Shown here: piece after piece, positions 37,353 through 47,331 of the stretch
Numbering within the stretch: the first letter of the stretch is position 1
Layout: each line of letters begins with the position of its first letter
DNA from: an uncultured Bacteroidales bacterium
Lineage (GTDB): Bacteria; Bacteroidota; Bacteroidia; Bacteroidales; UBA932
Direction of reading: 5' to 3'
Assembly (NCBI GenBank): GCA_947302175.1
Contig: CAMYVB010000008.1
Coordinates: forward strand, 5,132 to 69,131
Length of the DNA: 64,000 bases
Translations under genes and position numbers: made by a program
The notes under the pieces: model-generated
What the model saw: the letters and a program-made list of their open reading frames with translations, nothing else
What the model was told of the DNA's origin: nothing
Databases searched by the model: none

Positions 37353-38903
37353 ATGAAAAGGATAATCATTTCATTCGCGCTGCTTCTGGGCATCCTGCCC
37401 CAGGCTGGTGCTGCAAAGAAAGCGACCACGGTGCCTGCCGAGGTGAAACTCAGCAAAGAGGTCCTGATGGACAAGATCAAGGGCGCCTGGGCCGGCCAGA
37501 TAATTGGCTGCACCTACGGCGGTCCCACTGAGTTCCGCTTCGCCACCACCATCAATGACAACATCCCCATACGCTGGGACGAGCACCGCATCAAGTGGTA
37601 CTACGACAATATCCCCGGCCTCTATGACGACGTCTATATGGACCTCACCTTCGTGGACGTATTCGCAAAGGAAGGCCTGGACGCTCCCGTAACGTCCTTT
37701 GCAAATGCCTTTGCAAACGCCGGCTATCCTCTCTGGCACGCCAACCAGGCAGCCCGCTACAATATACTACACGGCATCATGCCTCCCGCATCCGGCTTCT
37801 GGAAAAACAATCCCCACGCGGACGATATCGATTTCCAGATAGAGGCCGACTATGCCGGCATCATGTCGCCGGGAATGCCTGATATGGCGTCCCACTTCAG
37901 CGATGAGATAGGCCACATAATGAACTACGGCGACGGCTGGTACGGCGGCGTTTATGTGGCGAATATGTATGCCCTCGCTTTTGTCAGCAACGATATTGAG
38001 TTCATCTGCACCGAGGCCCTCAAATCCATCCCCGAGCAGAGCCGCTACTATAAGTGCATGGCCGACGTTATCGCCTGGCACAAGCAGTATCCGAGCGACT
38101 GGGAGATAGCCTGGGCTCTCGCCGACAAGAAGTACGGCTTCGACATAGGCTGCCCCGGCGGCGTTTGGAACGCCTTCAATATCGACGCGGTTATTAACAG
38201 CGTCTATATCATAATAGGCTTGCTCTACGGCGAAGGCGACTTCGGCAGGACGATAGACATCTCCACCCGCTGCGGCCACGATTCCGACTGTAACCCCGCC
38301 TCTTCAGGAGGTATCCTGGCTACTGTTCTTGGCTACAACCGCATCCCCGATTACTGGAAAAAGCCCCTCGAGGAAGTTGCAGACCGCAATTTCAAGTACA
38401 CCGATATTTCCTTCAACAAGGCTTGCGAACTCTCTTTCAACCAGGCCTGCCAGGTAATCGAGCGCGCAGGCGGCAAGGTCTCCAAGAAGGACGTCAAGAT
38501 CAAGACCCAGACTCCCAAGGCCGTGCGTTTCGAAGAAGGTTTCGCCGGCATCTGGCCTAAGGAAAGGATTCAGCTTGGCGGCAAGGATATCCTAAAGATC
38601 GGTCAGCTCAAGTTTGACGGCATAGGAGTTGTCGTGGGACATCGCATAACCGAGACCCGCGAATTCAAACTTAAGGGCTACGAAGCATGCGTGGAAGTAT
38701 GGCTCGACGGCAAGCTCGACCAGGTGGTCATGCTGCCCGTGAAGGCCAACAACTACAAGCAGGAAATATACAACAACTACGACCTCGCCCCGGGCGAGCA
38801 CACCCTCGATTTCAAATGGACCAACCCCGTCATCGGCGTGGATATCAACCTTACGTATATCCTGCCCTACGAAGAGCGCCCGAAGGACATCAAGACTTTC
38901 TAG
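37353..38903 (+). CDS. Secreted ADP-ribosylglycohydrolase-family protein
   Basis: Signal peptide; DKIKGAWAGQIIGCTYGGPTEF, YDDVYMD and GHDSDCNP motifs. Confidence 0.82.
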   Translation: MKRIIISFALLLGILPQAGAAKKATTVPAEVKLSKEVLMDKIKGAWAGQIIGCTYGGPTEFRFATTINDNIPIRWDEHRIKWYYDNIPGLYDDVYMDLTFVDVFAKEGLDAPVTSFANAFANAGYPLWHANQAARYNILHGIMPPASGFWKNNPHADDIDFQIEADYAGIMSPGMPDMASHFSDEIGHIMNYGDGWYGGVYVANMYALAFVSNDIEFICTEALKSIPEQSRYYKCMADVIAWHKQYPSDWEIAWALADKKYGFDIGCPGGVWNAFNIDAVINSVYIIIGLLYGEGDFGRTIDISTRCGHDSDCNPASSGGILATVLGYNRIPDYWKKPLEEVADRNFKYTDISFNKACELSFNQACQVIERAGGKVSKKDVKIKTQTPKAVRFEEGFAGIWPKERIQLGGKDILKIGQLKFDGIGVVVGHRITETREFKLKGYEACVEVWLDGKLDQVVMLPVKANNYKQEIYNNYDLAPGEHTLDFKWTNPVIGVDINLTYILPYEERPKDIKTF

Positions 38904-38915
38904 TGGGGGAGGGAA

Positions 38916-41900
38916 CTATTTCCTGAAATACTCCAGCGAACACTCCAGGAGGGCCCGGATTTGATCCGGGCTCTTCAGCGTTTCCAGAGGGAAGCCGAAG
39001 CTGACTGCGCGGTGATCTGAGCCGTCGAAGCATACTGCCGCTCCGCGCCCTGTGTCGCCGTAATTGAGGAATACCGTTGACTTTTTCTTGTCGGCGCCGC
39101 TTAGGGCGTCGGGATTCTCGACGCTGTAGCACTCGGGATTGGGGGATGTCCTGAAGCTGAGAGGCGTGGCGGAAGTAACTGAGCTTATCGTTCTGTTCCT
39201 TTTGGGGATTACGGAGCCGTCGTTGGAGGCAAATCCTCCGGAATAGACATAGCCGAGGGTATTGCGGATAAATCTCTTTTCTTCCTCCCTTTCCTCTTCG
39301 CTGCGGCTCACGGGGAACACTCCGCTCCAGGAGTCGCGGCCTATGTAGGAGCCTGAAACGATGAGGTTCCCGCCGTTTGATGCATATAAGGTCAGAAGCT
39401 CCCTGAGCTCAGTAGGAAATACCTGGAAACGGTCGGGGTAGCTGCCCGACCCTATCCTTGTCGTCACCTGCTTGCCACACACCAGGTCGAGGGCGAAAGT
39501 GCCCGAACTGAGCGAAGGAAGGGCCACGAGACCATCGCGGGAGCAGGAGATGAAGCTGTAACCTAGAGAGAGCAGTTCGCGGCCGTGGACTGCGGGGTAA
39601 TCGAAGGTGTTGCCGGCAACGATTGTTCCGGCCATATCCAGCCTTGAGGCGCCGAAGCCCGGATCGTCGTCGCTTTCGAAAGTTACGCTCCTACGGTGCT
39701 CATAATCTTCACCTCCGTAGCTGATGTCCCTTATCCACGGTACTCCCGAATCGAGCCTTGAGTCGAAACCGGCGTAGGAAGGCGTATCGAACCATGCGGG
39801 CGGACTTACTCGGTCGAAATTGTTAACTATCAGGACAGTGCCTTTGGAGCCGGATGAAGGGTAGCCTATGCTGAGCGTCTCGGAAGGGAAACTGCGGCCG
39901 CCGTCGTTCTCCGCAGCAATGCGGAAGCTCCATACGTGCCCCGGCGTTATATCCACCGTGGCGCGGTACATGCCGGCTGTTTCGGATATGCCGCTGAGAA
40001 GCAGCCCTTCGTCGAAGGCTCCGTCGTCTATGCGGGTGTAGAGGAAGAAGCGTTTTGATACTGCCGTGGGCTCGAGGGTGTCGACTGTGGCTTTCCAGCT
40101 GAGGACTGCTTTCCCGGGCCCTGAGAAGGCAGCGGAGAAGCTGTTCACCGGCAGGGGCTGCACCGTGTAGGGAATGCCGTGCATGTCGGAGAGGAACTTG
40201 AGCATACCTTTGTACACCGCGCGTGAGGCGGTGAAGCGGAACGAGGGGTCGAGCCCGTAGCGCATGTCGGCAAAGTTCTGGTGTGAGAGGAGTTCTAGCA
40301 GCATGCCGGGGACCTCTGTGGTGCGGCTCTCGCTGAATGAACGGTTCCAAATGCATCTGCGACGCCAGGAAGTGTCGAACCCCGCGCGTATGTCCCTTAC
40401 TACCTGGCTCTGGACAAGGTCGGCGTAATGGCGCCCTATGACCCTGTTTTTCCCGTCGGGAAGGGTGCTTTTCTTTTCGCTGAAAAGAGTGTAGATGGCA
40501 AGGGTGCCTATGGTGCTGTCGTTGGGGGTCACACCGGCGTCGCTGTGGAAGGCGAGCGACATATCTATTGGTATGCCGCGCCCCTTGCTTTTAGGCGCAG
40601 AGACCGAGCCACCGCTCATATTGGCCACCCACGCTCCGCGGCTGGCGAAATCGCGGGTGTATTCGCCCTCCCACTGCCTTGTGACGGAAGTGTCGATTCC
40701 CGCCCACTGCATGGAGTAGAGGGCGCCTTCGAGATATGCGGGAAGGCCGGAAAGCTCATAGTCTTCGGGGTCGTCGTCCTGCTCTCCGCGGGCAATCTTG
40801 CCTATACCGCCGCCTATCCTGACGCCGTCGGCAGAGACGCACTTGGAAGAGCCTCCCATAGACGATGAGAGACTGTTGTCGAGGCTGACTGCCCCCTCAC
40901 CTTTGAATTCGAAGGTGCCGAGATATATCCACGTGCCTCCGCCTTTGCGTTGATCAACGGTTATTACTGTCTCACCGCCGAGGTGGTAGATGCTGTAGCG
41001 GGCGGCGGGAGAGCTTTCCGGGCGGGACTCATAGCTCACATAAACGGCATAGAACCCTCTTTCGGGCACTTCGAACGACCACAGCGCACCGGCGGTGGGC
41101 TTTGGTGAGCAGCTTGCATAGCGGGTGCTGCCGTCCTTGAAAGGGTTCTCGTCCAGCATATAGACGGGTTTGGTGTCGGCAAAGCCCGTTCCGCCAGTCT
41201 TCCATAGTCCCTTTTCGCTGTACACTCCCTTCTGCCTCAGGGGCAGGGGACGCTCGCCCTCGAAGGCGGGGTCGTTGTCTATGACCACTTCATACTTCTG
41301 CGGGTCGCGCTCGCGGGGGGTCATTACGTAGGCGCCGGCGTTCTCGAGCATGGGAATGAGGAAGGGGAGGACGTAGCTCTGGGTGTAGATGTCTTCCACC
41401 GTCCTGTTTACGGGGGCGCGCTGCCAGCTCCAGCTGCCGTCTATAGAGTCGTAGTAGCGGCCGTGGCTCTGCCAGAGGGCGATGTTGCGCCCGCTCATAC
41501 CGCCGGGATAGAAGCTCTCGCCCTCACGGGTGACGAACTTTTCCTTAAGATTGCGGTCGGGGTAGCGGAATTTGTAGCGCGAAGGAGCGCCGCTGAAGCC
41601 AAGGGCAGGGGTGGGGAGCTCCTCGAGGCGCGTGCCGCGGGATTTGACCGTGCCTATGGTGCAGCCTTGGTACCGGGCGGGAAGAAGGCTCTTGAATGAG
41701 CTGCGGAACCACTCGGGGTCGCCTTCCCTCCAGGGATAGTCGCTAAGGGAATAGTCGAAAGTCAGGTCGAGAGTGCTGCCGCGCCTCTCAACGCTCCTGA
41801 GGACGAGCTGCCCTTCAACGCCCGTGCGCTCATAAATGAGCACAGACATCGAGTCGAGCGCCTCCTGCAGCTCCTGAGGGCTGACTGCGAGGCATGGCAG

Positions 41901-41942
41901 GGCGAGCACAAGCGCTGCAAGTATCGCGAGCAATTTTCTCAT
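38916..41942 (-). CDS. Large secreted protein with amidase_3-like, golvesin/xanthan-lyase CBM-like and FN3 regions
   Basis: Signal peptide MRKLLAIL (ATGA overlap with upstream gene); IALWQSHG, AFHSDAG, LELLSH and ADGVRIGGG motifs. Confidence 0.7.
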   Translation of the reverse strand: MRKLLAILAALVLALPCLAVSPQELQEALDSMSVLIYERTGVEGQLVLRSVERRGSTLDLTFDYSLSDYPWREGDPEWFRSSFKSLLPARYQGCTIGTVKSRGTRLEELPTPALGFSGAPSRYKFRYPDRNLKEKFVTREGESFYPGGMSGRNIALWQSHGRYYDSIDGSWSWQRAPVNRTVEDIYTQSYVLPFLIPMLENAGAYVMTPRERDPQKYEVVIDNDPAFEGERPLPLRQKGVYSEKGLWKTGGTGFADTKPVYMLDENPFKDGSTRYASCSPKPTAGALWSFEVPERGFYAVYVSYESRPESSPAARYSIYHLGGETVITVDQRKGGGTWIYLGTFEFKGEGAVSLDNSLSSSMGGSSKCVSADGVRIGGGIGKIARGEQDDDPEDYELSGLPAYLEGALYSMQWAGIDTSVTRQWEGEYTRDFASRGAWVANMSGGSVSAPKSKGRGIPIDMSLAFHSDAGVTPNDSTIGTLAIYTLFSEKKSTLPDGKNRVIGRHYADLVQSQVVRDIRAGFDTSWRRRCIWNRSFSESRTTEVPGMLLELLSHQNFADMRYGLDPSFRFTASRAVYKGMLKFLSDMHGIPYTVQPLPVNSFSAAFSGPGKAVLSWKATVDTLEPTAVSKRFFLYTRIDDGAFDEGLLLSGISETAGMYRATVDITPGHVWSFRIAAENDGGRSFPSETLSIGYPSSGSKGTVLIVNNFDRVSPPAWFDTPSYAGFDSRLDSGVPWIRDISYGGEDYEHRRSVTFESDDDPGFGASRLDMAGTIVAGNTFDYPAVHGRELLSLGYSFISCSRDGLVALPSLSSGTFALDLVCGKQVTTRIGSGSYPDRFQVFPTELRELLTLYASNGGNLIVSGSYIGRDSWSGVFPVSRSEEEREEEKRFIRNTLGYVYSGGFASNDGSVIPKRNRTISSVTSATPLSFRTSPNPECYSVENPDALSGADKKKSTVFLNYGDTGRGAAVCFDGSDHRAVSFGFPLETLKSPDQIRALLECSLEYFRK

Positions 41943-42352
41943 CGGGCCTCCTTTTGTCCGCGAATCATGCTTATAATGAATACTGCAAGGCTTCCTACGG
42001 CGAGGGAGATGCCGTCGGCGAGAAAGTCCATCGGGTCTGCGGTGCGGTAGGGGATGCGGCTCTGTATTATTTCCGTTCCGGCCGACATCATGCAACCTGT
42101 AAGGAATATGACAAGGACCATCCCAATGGCCTTTAGCGGGCCGTCAGGGTTGCTTTTCAGGGAAAAGTAGCAAAGGAAGGGGAAGGGGAGGAACATGGCA
42201 AAATGCATGATCTTGTCCGTTGCGATTCCGATGACCTTGTCGTTGAGGCCTGAGATGCCGCTGAAAGAGCCGAAGCAAAGGTATGCGACGGCAATGAGAT
42301 ACAATACCAGCAGTATGCGGAATAATACGATTGAGTTTCGTCGGTCTGTCAT
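41939..42352 (-). CDS. VanZ-like membrane protein
   Basis: DKIMHF, TEIIQ...RTAD..DFLAD motifs; hydrophobic segments. Confidence 0.82.
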   Translation of the reverse strand: MTDRRNSIVLFRILLVLYLIAVAYLCFGSFSGISGLNDKVIGIATDKIMHFAMFLPFPFLCYFSLKSNPDGPLKAIGMVLVIFLTGCMMSAGTEIIQSRIPYRTADPMDFLADGISLAVGSLAVFIISMIRGQKEAR

Positions 42353-42353
42353 G

Positions 42354-44192
42354 CTAGAGTGATTGCATTTTGTAGAGACGGGAGTAATACCCGTCTTTGG
42401 AAAGGAGTTCTTCGTGGCGCCCGCGCTCCACTATGCGCCCTTCGTCGAGTACTATTATTTCGTCGGCTCCCTTGATGGTGGACAGCCTGTGGGCTATGGC
42501 TATGGTGGTGCGGGAGCTCATAAGGCGCTCCAGGGCTTCCTGGACGGCCAGTTCGGAGGCGGAGTCGAGCGAGGCAGTGGCTTCGTCGAGTATGAGTATG
42601 GGAGGGTTTTTGAGGACGGCGCGGGCTATGCTGATGCGCTGGCGCTCGCCGCCGCTGAGTTTGAGGCCCCTGTCGCCGACGCCCTCGTCGTACCCGTTCT
42701 CCTTGGCGGAGATAAAGGCGTCGGCGTTGGCGATTTTTGCGGCCTCGATGACGCTTTCGCGCGAGGGGTTGTCTGCGCCGAAAGCTATGTTGCCAAGGAT
42801 GGAGTCGTTGAAAAGTATGGCGTCCTGGCTGACTATTCCCATAAGGGACCTCAGGGAAGCGGTGCTCACGGTCCTTACGTCCTTGCCGTCAATGAGGATT
42901 TGCCCTTCGGTGGCATCGTAGAAGCGGGGGATGAGGTCGGCGAGGGTCGTTTTGCCGGCTCCGGATGCTCCCACGATGGCCACGGTACTGCCTTTCTTTA
43001 TTTTTAGATTGATTCCGTCCAGCACTTTCTTGCCGCCGTGGGAGTAGCTGAAAGAGACGTTCCTTAGCTCTATGCAGTCGTTGAAGCCTTCGAGATAGGC
43101 AGGCTCCGCGGGCTCGGGGATGCTGTCGCCGGCGCCCAGGATTGAGTCGATGCGCTGCATGGAGGCCATGCCTTTCGGGATGCCGTAGGCAGCTTTCGAA
43201 AGGTCCTTAACGGGCTGGATGACGCTGTAGAGTATCACCATGTAGTAGATGAAGGTGGGAGCGTCGATGGGGGAGCGGTCGCCGTGGAGGATGAGGGTGC
43301 CGCCGAACCAGAGTATGATGGCTATCATCACGGTGCCGAGGCACTCGCTGACGGGGTGGGCGAGGGCCTGGCGCGTGCCAACGCGCGTAGCTTTATCCCG
43401 CATCCGTGAAGTCAGGAAATCGAAGCGGCTCTCCATCTTGCGCTCGGCCTTGAAGGCCTTGATGACCCTGAGGCCGCCGAGGGTCTCCTCGGTCTGTGAC
43501 ATGGTGTCGGACCAGAGCTGCTGGACTTCGAGGGATGCAGCTTTGAGCTTACGGCCCGTTAGGCTTATCACCCATAGCATCAGGGGGGCGAATAGTATCG
43601 TGAAGAGGGTCATCTTCCACGAAATGAAAAGGAGTGCCCCGAAGTAGAAGATGATGAGGATGGGGTTCTTGATGAGCATGTCGAGGGAGGCGGTGATGGA
43701 AGTCTCGACCTCCTGGACGTCTCCGCTCATACGCGCGATGATGTCGCCTTTCCTTTCCTCGGAGAAGAACCCCAGGGGAAGGGAGATGATTTTGCGGTAA
43801 ATGTCCATCCTCAAATCCCTTACTATGCCCGTGCGTATGGGGACCATGACGGCCGACGAACCGAAATAGCCGGCAGTCTTGAAAACGGTCAGCACGCACA
43901 GCGAAAGGCAGAGGAGCAGCAGGGTGAGCGACGCCCCATGGCTCGTCATGAACTGCGAAACACCCCAGTAAAGATTGCCTATGAGCTTTTCCCTGAGGGA
44001 AGCGGCGCTCTCCCAGGGGATGAAGCTGTAGGCCGTGGTGTCTATGCCGAAAAGTATCCTGAGTATGGGGATAATGAGCGAGAAGGAGAAGAGATTGAGC
44101 ACCGCCGAGAGTATGCTCATTAGCAGCGATCCTGCCAGGAACTTCCTGTAGGGCGCAACATAGCGGCGCAGCATGGAGAAAAACTCTTTCAA
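42354..44192 (-). CDS. MsbA-like ABC exporter (fused permease/ATPase), TTG start
   Basis: TM region; GASGAGKT, LSGGERQR, ILDEATASLD and AHRLST motifs. Confidence 0.9.
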   Translation of the reverse strand: MKEFFSMLRRYVAPYRKFLAGSLLMSILSAVLNLFSFSLIIPILRILFGIDTTAYSFIPWESAASLREKLIGNLYWGVSQFMTSHGASLTLLLLCLSLCVLTVFKTAGYFGSSAVMVPIRTGIVRDLRMDIYRKIISLPLGFFSEERKGDIIARMSGDVQEVETSITASLDMLIKNPILIIFYFGALLFISWKMTLFTILFAPLMLWVISLTGRKLKAASLEVQQLWSDTMSQTEETLGGLRVIKAFKAERKMESRFDFLTSRMRDKATRVGTRQALAHPVSECLGTVMIAIILWFGGTLILHGDRSPIDAPTFIYYMVILYSVIQPVKDLSKAAYGIPKGMASMQRIDSILGAGDSIPEPAEPAYLEGFNDCIELRNVSFSYSHGGKKVLDGINLKIKKGSTVAIVGASGAGKTTLADLIPRFYDATEGQILIDGKDVRTVSTASLRSLMGIVSQDAILFNDSILGNIAFGADNPSRESVIEAAKIANADAFISAKENGYDEGVGDRGLKLSGGERQRISIARAVLKNPPILILDEATASLDSASELAVQEALERLMSSRTTIAIAHRLSTIKGADEIIVLDEGRIVERGRHEELLSKDGYYSRLYKMQSL

Positions 44193-44207
44193 ACCCCTGT
44201 CCTCCAG

Positions 44208-45209
44208 CTATGGTTTTCTCACGCTCATGCGCTCTATCCAGTGGAAAATGAGCTGGACGCGGCGCTCCATGACGAGGTAGTCCAGCTTTTCGGGAGTGTC
44301 GGACTCGCGGTTGGTGTCCATGGTGATGCCTGAAGTGAACATCACGCTGTACATACCCTTCTCAAGGAAAGGCTTCTGGTCGGACACGCGCTTTAGGAAC
44401 AGGTCGGTGAACGCGGGACTGCCGTAATAGTCCAGACCGACTTCCAGATTGATCCCGTCGTGGATGTTGACGCTCTGCAGGAGACCGTTGTACTTGCCTC
44501 CTCCCAGCATTATGATAAAGTCCACCCGCTCTTTGGAGAGGGGAGTGGAGATGCCTCCCAGGATGTCGATATTGACTACCATAGAGATGTTCGAGGGACG
44601 GATCAACCTTCCGCTGCGGGGATCTTTCAGGGTGCCGGAGACGATGCGGCCACACAGGTCGCGCGAGCCGGCAAGGCTCAGCTGCTTGGCGTCGAGCGCC
44701 GCGAAGATTATATTCTGGTTGAGAGTCCCTCCGTTGCTTTTGAAATAGGCCAGCATCCGGGCTAAGTCCTTGAGGGCGACTACTCCCGATGCGTTGGAGT
44801 CGGCTCCGGGATAGTTGCGCCCCGAAAGGGTGCCCAGGTTGTCGTAGTGTGCCATTACGATTATATACCTGGCGCTGGGGACGCTGGCAGGAAGCATGGC
44901 CACTATGTTGCGGCAGGAGTAGCCTTCGGCGCTGAAGCTTTGGGCCATGGAAGGCCCCATGGGCTCGAGACCGGCGCCGAGGAACTGCCTGCGTATCCAC
45001 AGGGCGGCATCGTTGTGCCCTGCGGTGCCTACGCCGCGCCCCTTGCAAAGGGTGTCGCTAAGGAATGAAATGTCGTCCCTCAGGGACTCCGGGGAAATCA
45101 GGGAATGAGCCGCCATGTCGGGGAGCACAGCCCACTGGGAGCGTGCGGGAATCCCGGCCGCGCATAGCAGGGCGATAATCGCTGACAATATTTTTATACG
45201 TGCAGACAC
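44208..45209 (-). CDS. M28-family peptidase homologue with degenerate active site (probable GTG start)
   Basis: L.SD...GRG, RNIVA, AHYD, GADSNASG and SDQKPF motifs; EE replaced by KQ. Confidence 0.78.
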   Translation of the reverse strand: MSARIKILSAIIALLCAAGIPARSQWAVLPDMAAHSLISPESLRDDISFLSDTLCKGRGVGTAGHNDAALWIRRQFLGAGLEPMGPSMAQSFSAEGYSCRNIVAMLPASVPSARYIIVMAHYDNLGTLSGRNYPGADSNASGVVALKDLARMLAYFKSNGGTLNQNIIFAALDAKQLSLAGSRDLCGRIVSGTLKDPRSGRLIRPSNISMVVNIDILGGISTPLSKERVDFIIMLGGGKYNGLLQSVNIHDGINLEVGLDYYGSPAFTDLFLKRVSDQKPFLEKGMYSVMFTSGITMDTNRESDTPEKLDYLVMERRVQLIFHWIERMSVRKP

Positions 45210-45285
45210 GTGTTGGCCCGAAATTATGATTATATTTGCAAACGAACCCCAAAGGTAGCAAATTCGCCGCACAAAAAGAAAAGAA

Positions 45286-47331
45286 ATGAAGCGCATCCTG
45301 GTCTCCATCCTGATTATCCTGTCAGCCGCGCAGCTCTCGAGCGCGCAGTACGACAAGGATGTGTTTTCGTACCGCGGCAGGGTGGCCCTCTCGGACGGCA
45401 AATACGCCAAGGCAATAGAGAATTTCAACATCCTGGCCCGCCTGGACAGCACGGACTACTGGACCTTCTTCTACCGCGGCATAGCCAAATACAATCTTGG
45501 CGACCTTCGCGGCGCCCGTCAGGATTTCGACACCTCGGTGAGGCTCAATCCCGTCTTTACCAACGGCTACCACTACCGCGCCATCACCCTGAGCCGCACG
45601 GGCTCATACGACGAGGCTCTTTCCGACCTCGAGCACGCCATTTCGCTCCGCCCCGGCTACATAGGCCTCTACTACAGCCGCGGCGTAACCTATTTCCTGG
45701 CCCGGAGGTTCGAGGATGCGATAGGCGATTTCAATGCCTACATACGCAAGGAGCCCAAGGACCCTTCGGCCTTTCTCAACAGGGGCGCGAGCTACCTGTT
45801 CCTCGGCGACACGACCAAGGCCTTTTCGGACTACAACAAAGCCATCAAGCTGGACCGTTTCGAGCCTGAAGGATTCATACGCCGCGGCCGCCTCTATGCC
45901 GCCCAGGGCCGCTACGACAAGGCCATAGCCGACATGGATAAGGCCATCTCGCTGGACTCCACGGCCACCTTCGCTTTCTTCAACAGGGCCCTGATGCACT
46001 ATGAGGCCCAGGACTACAATGCCGCGATGGCCGACCTCAACCGTGTCCTTCGCGACGAGCCGGGCAACGCCCTGACCCTCTACAACCGCAGCCTCATCTA
46101 CGCCCGCGTGGGCGATTTCGAACGCGCCCTTTCCGATATGGACCGCGTCATCAACATCAACCCCGGCAACGTCCTTGCCTACTACAACCGCGCGTCCTAT
46201 TTCGTCGAAATGGAGCGCTGGCAGGACGCCCTGGAAGATTACGACAAGGCCATATCCCTCTATCCCGATTTCGCAAAAGCATACCTCAACCGCTCCTTCG
46301 TGCTCAACATGATGGGCGAAAAGCGCAAGTCCAAGGCCGACTACGACACCGCCCAGAAGAAGGTTGCCGAATACCGCCGCAAAAACGCCGAGGCGGAAGG
46401 CTCGTTCGCCGACACGACCAAGAAATACAGCGCCCTGCTGAGCCTCGACGCCGACTTTGCCAAGAAAGACTTCGACGACGAACTTCTCCAGCACCGCGAC
46501 ATAGATATACGCCTGAGGCCCCTGTACAAGTTCCGCCTTGCCGAAAAAGCGCGCGAAACCGGCTATGCGCTCAGTTCGCAGTACGAGAACGTTCTGCTCG
46601 CCCGGTTCATAAGGGATTCGGCGGTGCCTATCATCATTTCCAACACCGACACCATCCCCGGCTTCAAGCTCAACGGACGCCTGGAGAGCATACTCAAGGG
46701 CGACAGCCAGTACGGTCCCGGCACTACTCCCATCCCCGAGTCCGAGATCAGCTTCATAAAAGGCCTCTATGAGCTCCAGAACCGCCAGTACACCCAGGCG
46801 CTCGGATGGTTCGACAAGGCCGTAAAGCAGGCTCCGGACGATGTTGCGCGTGCGCGTTTCGCTCCTTATTACAGGGCCTTCTACGATATGAACCGCGGCG
46901 TCCTGCGCGCAGAGATGATAGATTTCATCGCATCTATCCAGAGCAATGTCCAGACGCTCACGATGGATGACAAGGGAGCCATACGCGCCCGCGTAAGCGA
47001 CCAGGTGAGCCACAGCTACGACTACTCTGACGCCATCGCCGATATGGAGGAGGCCGCTTCGCTCCTGCCCGATTTCCCTTATTTCCATTACAATCTGGGT
47101 AACCTGTACTGCCTCTCTTCGGAGCTAGTAAAGTCCATTGAAAGCTACTCCAAAGCCATTTCCCTCTATCCCATGATGGGCGACGCCTATTTCAACCGCG
47201 GCCTCGTGCTCATCTACGTCAAGGACAAGGAGAAGGGTTGCATAGACCTTTCGAAGGCCGGAGAGCTGGGCGTCGAAGATGCCTACGGCGTCATAGCCAA
47301 ATTCTGCGAGCAAGGCAATGAGGGCCGTTAA
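45286..47331 (+). CDS. Secreted tetratricopeptide-repeat protein
   Basis: Signal peptide; many NRG...A..D..KAI.L.P repeats; TATATTTG at 45231-45238. Confidence 0.9.
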   Translation: MKRILVSILIILSAAQLSSAQYDKDVFSYRGRVALSDGKYAKAIENFNILARLDSTDYWTFFYRGIAKYNLGDLRGARQDFDTSVRLNPVFTNGYHYRAITLSRTGSYDEALSDLEHAISLRPGYIGLYYSRGVTYFLARRFEDAIGDFNAYIRKEPKDPSAFLNRGASYLFLGDTTKAFSDYNKAIKLDRFEPEGFIRRGRLYAAQGRYDKAIADMDKAISLDSTATFAFFNRALMHYEAQDYNAAMADLNRVLRDEPGNALTLYNRSLIYARVGDFERALSDMDRVININPGNVLAYYNRASYFVEMERWQDALEDYDKAISLYPDFAKAYLNRSFVLNMMGEKRKSKADYDTAQKKVAEYRRKNAEAEGSFADTTKKYSALLSLDADFAKKDFDDELLQHRDIDIRLRPLYKFRLAEKARETGYALSSQYENVLLARFIRDSAVPIIISNTDTIPGFKLNGRLESILKGDSQYGPGTTPIPESEISFIKGLYELQNRQYTQALGWFDKAVKQAPDDVARARFAPYYRAFYDMNRGVLRAEMIDFIASIQSNVQTLTMDDKGAIRARVSDQVSHSYDYSDAIADMEEAASLLPDFPYFHYNLGNLYCLSSELVKSIESYSKAISLYPMMGDAYFNRGLVLIYVKDKEKGCIDLSKAGELGVEDAYGVIAKFCEQGNEGR

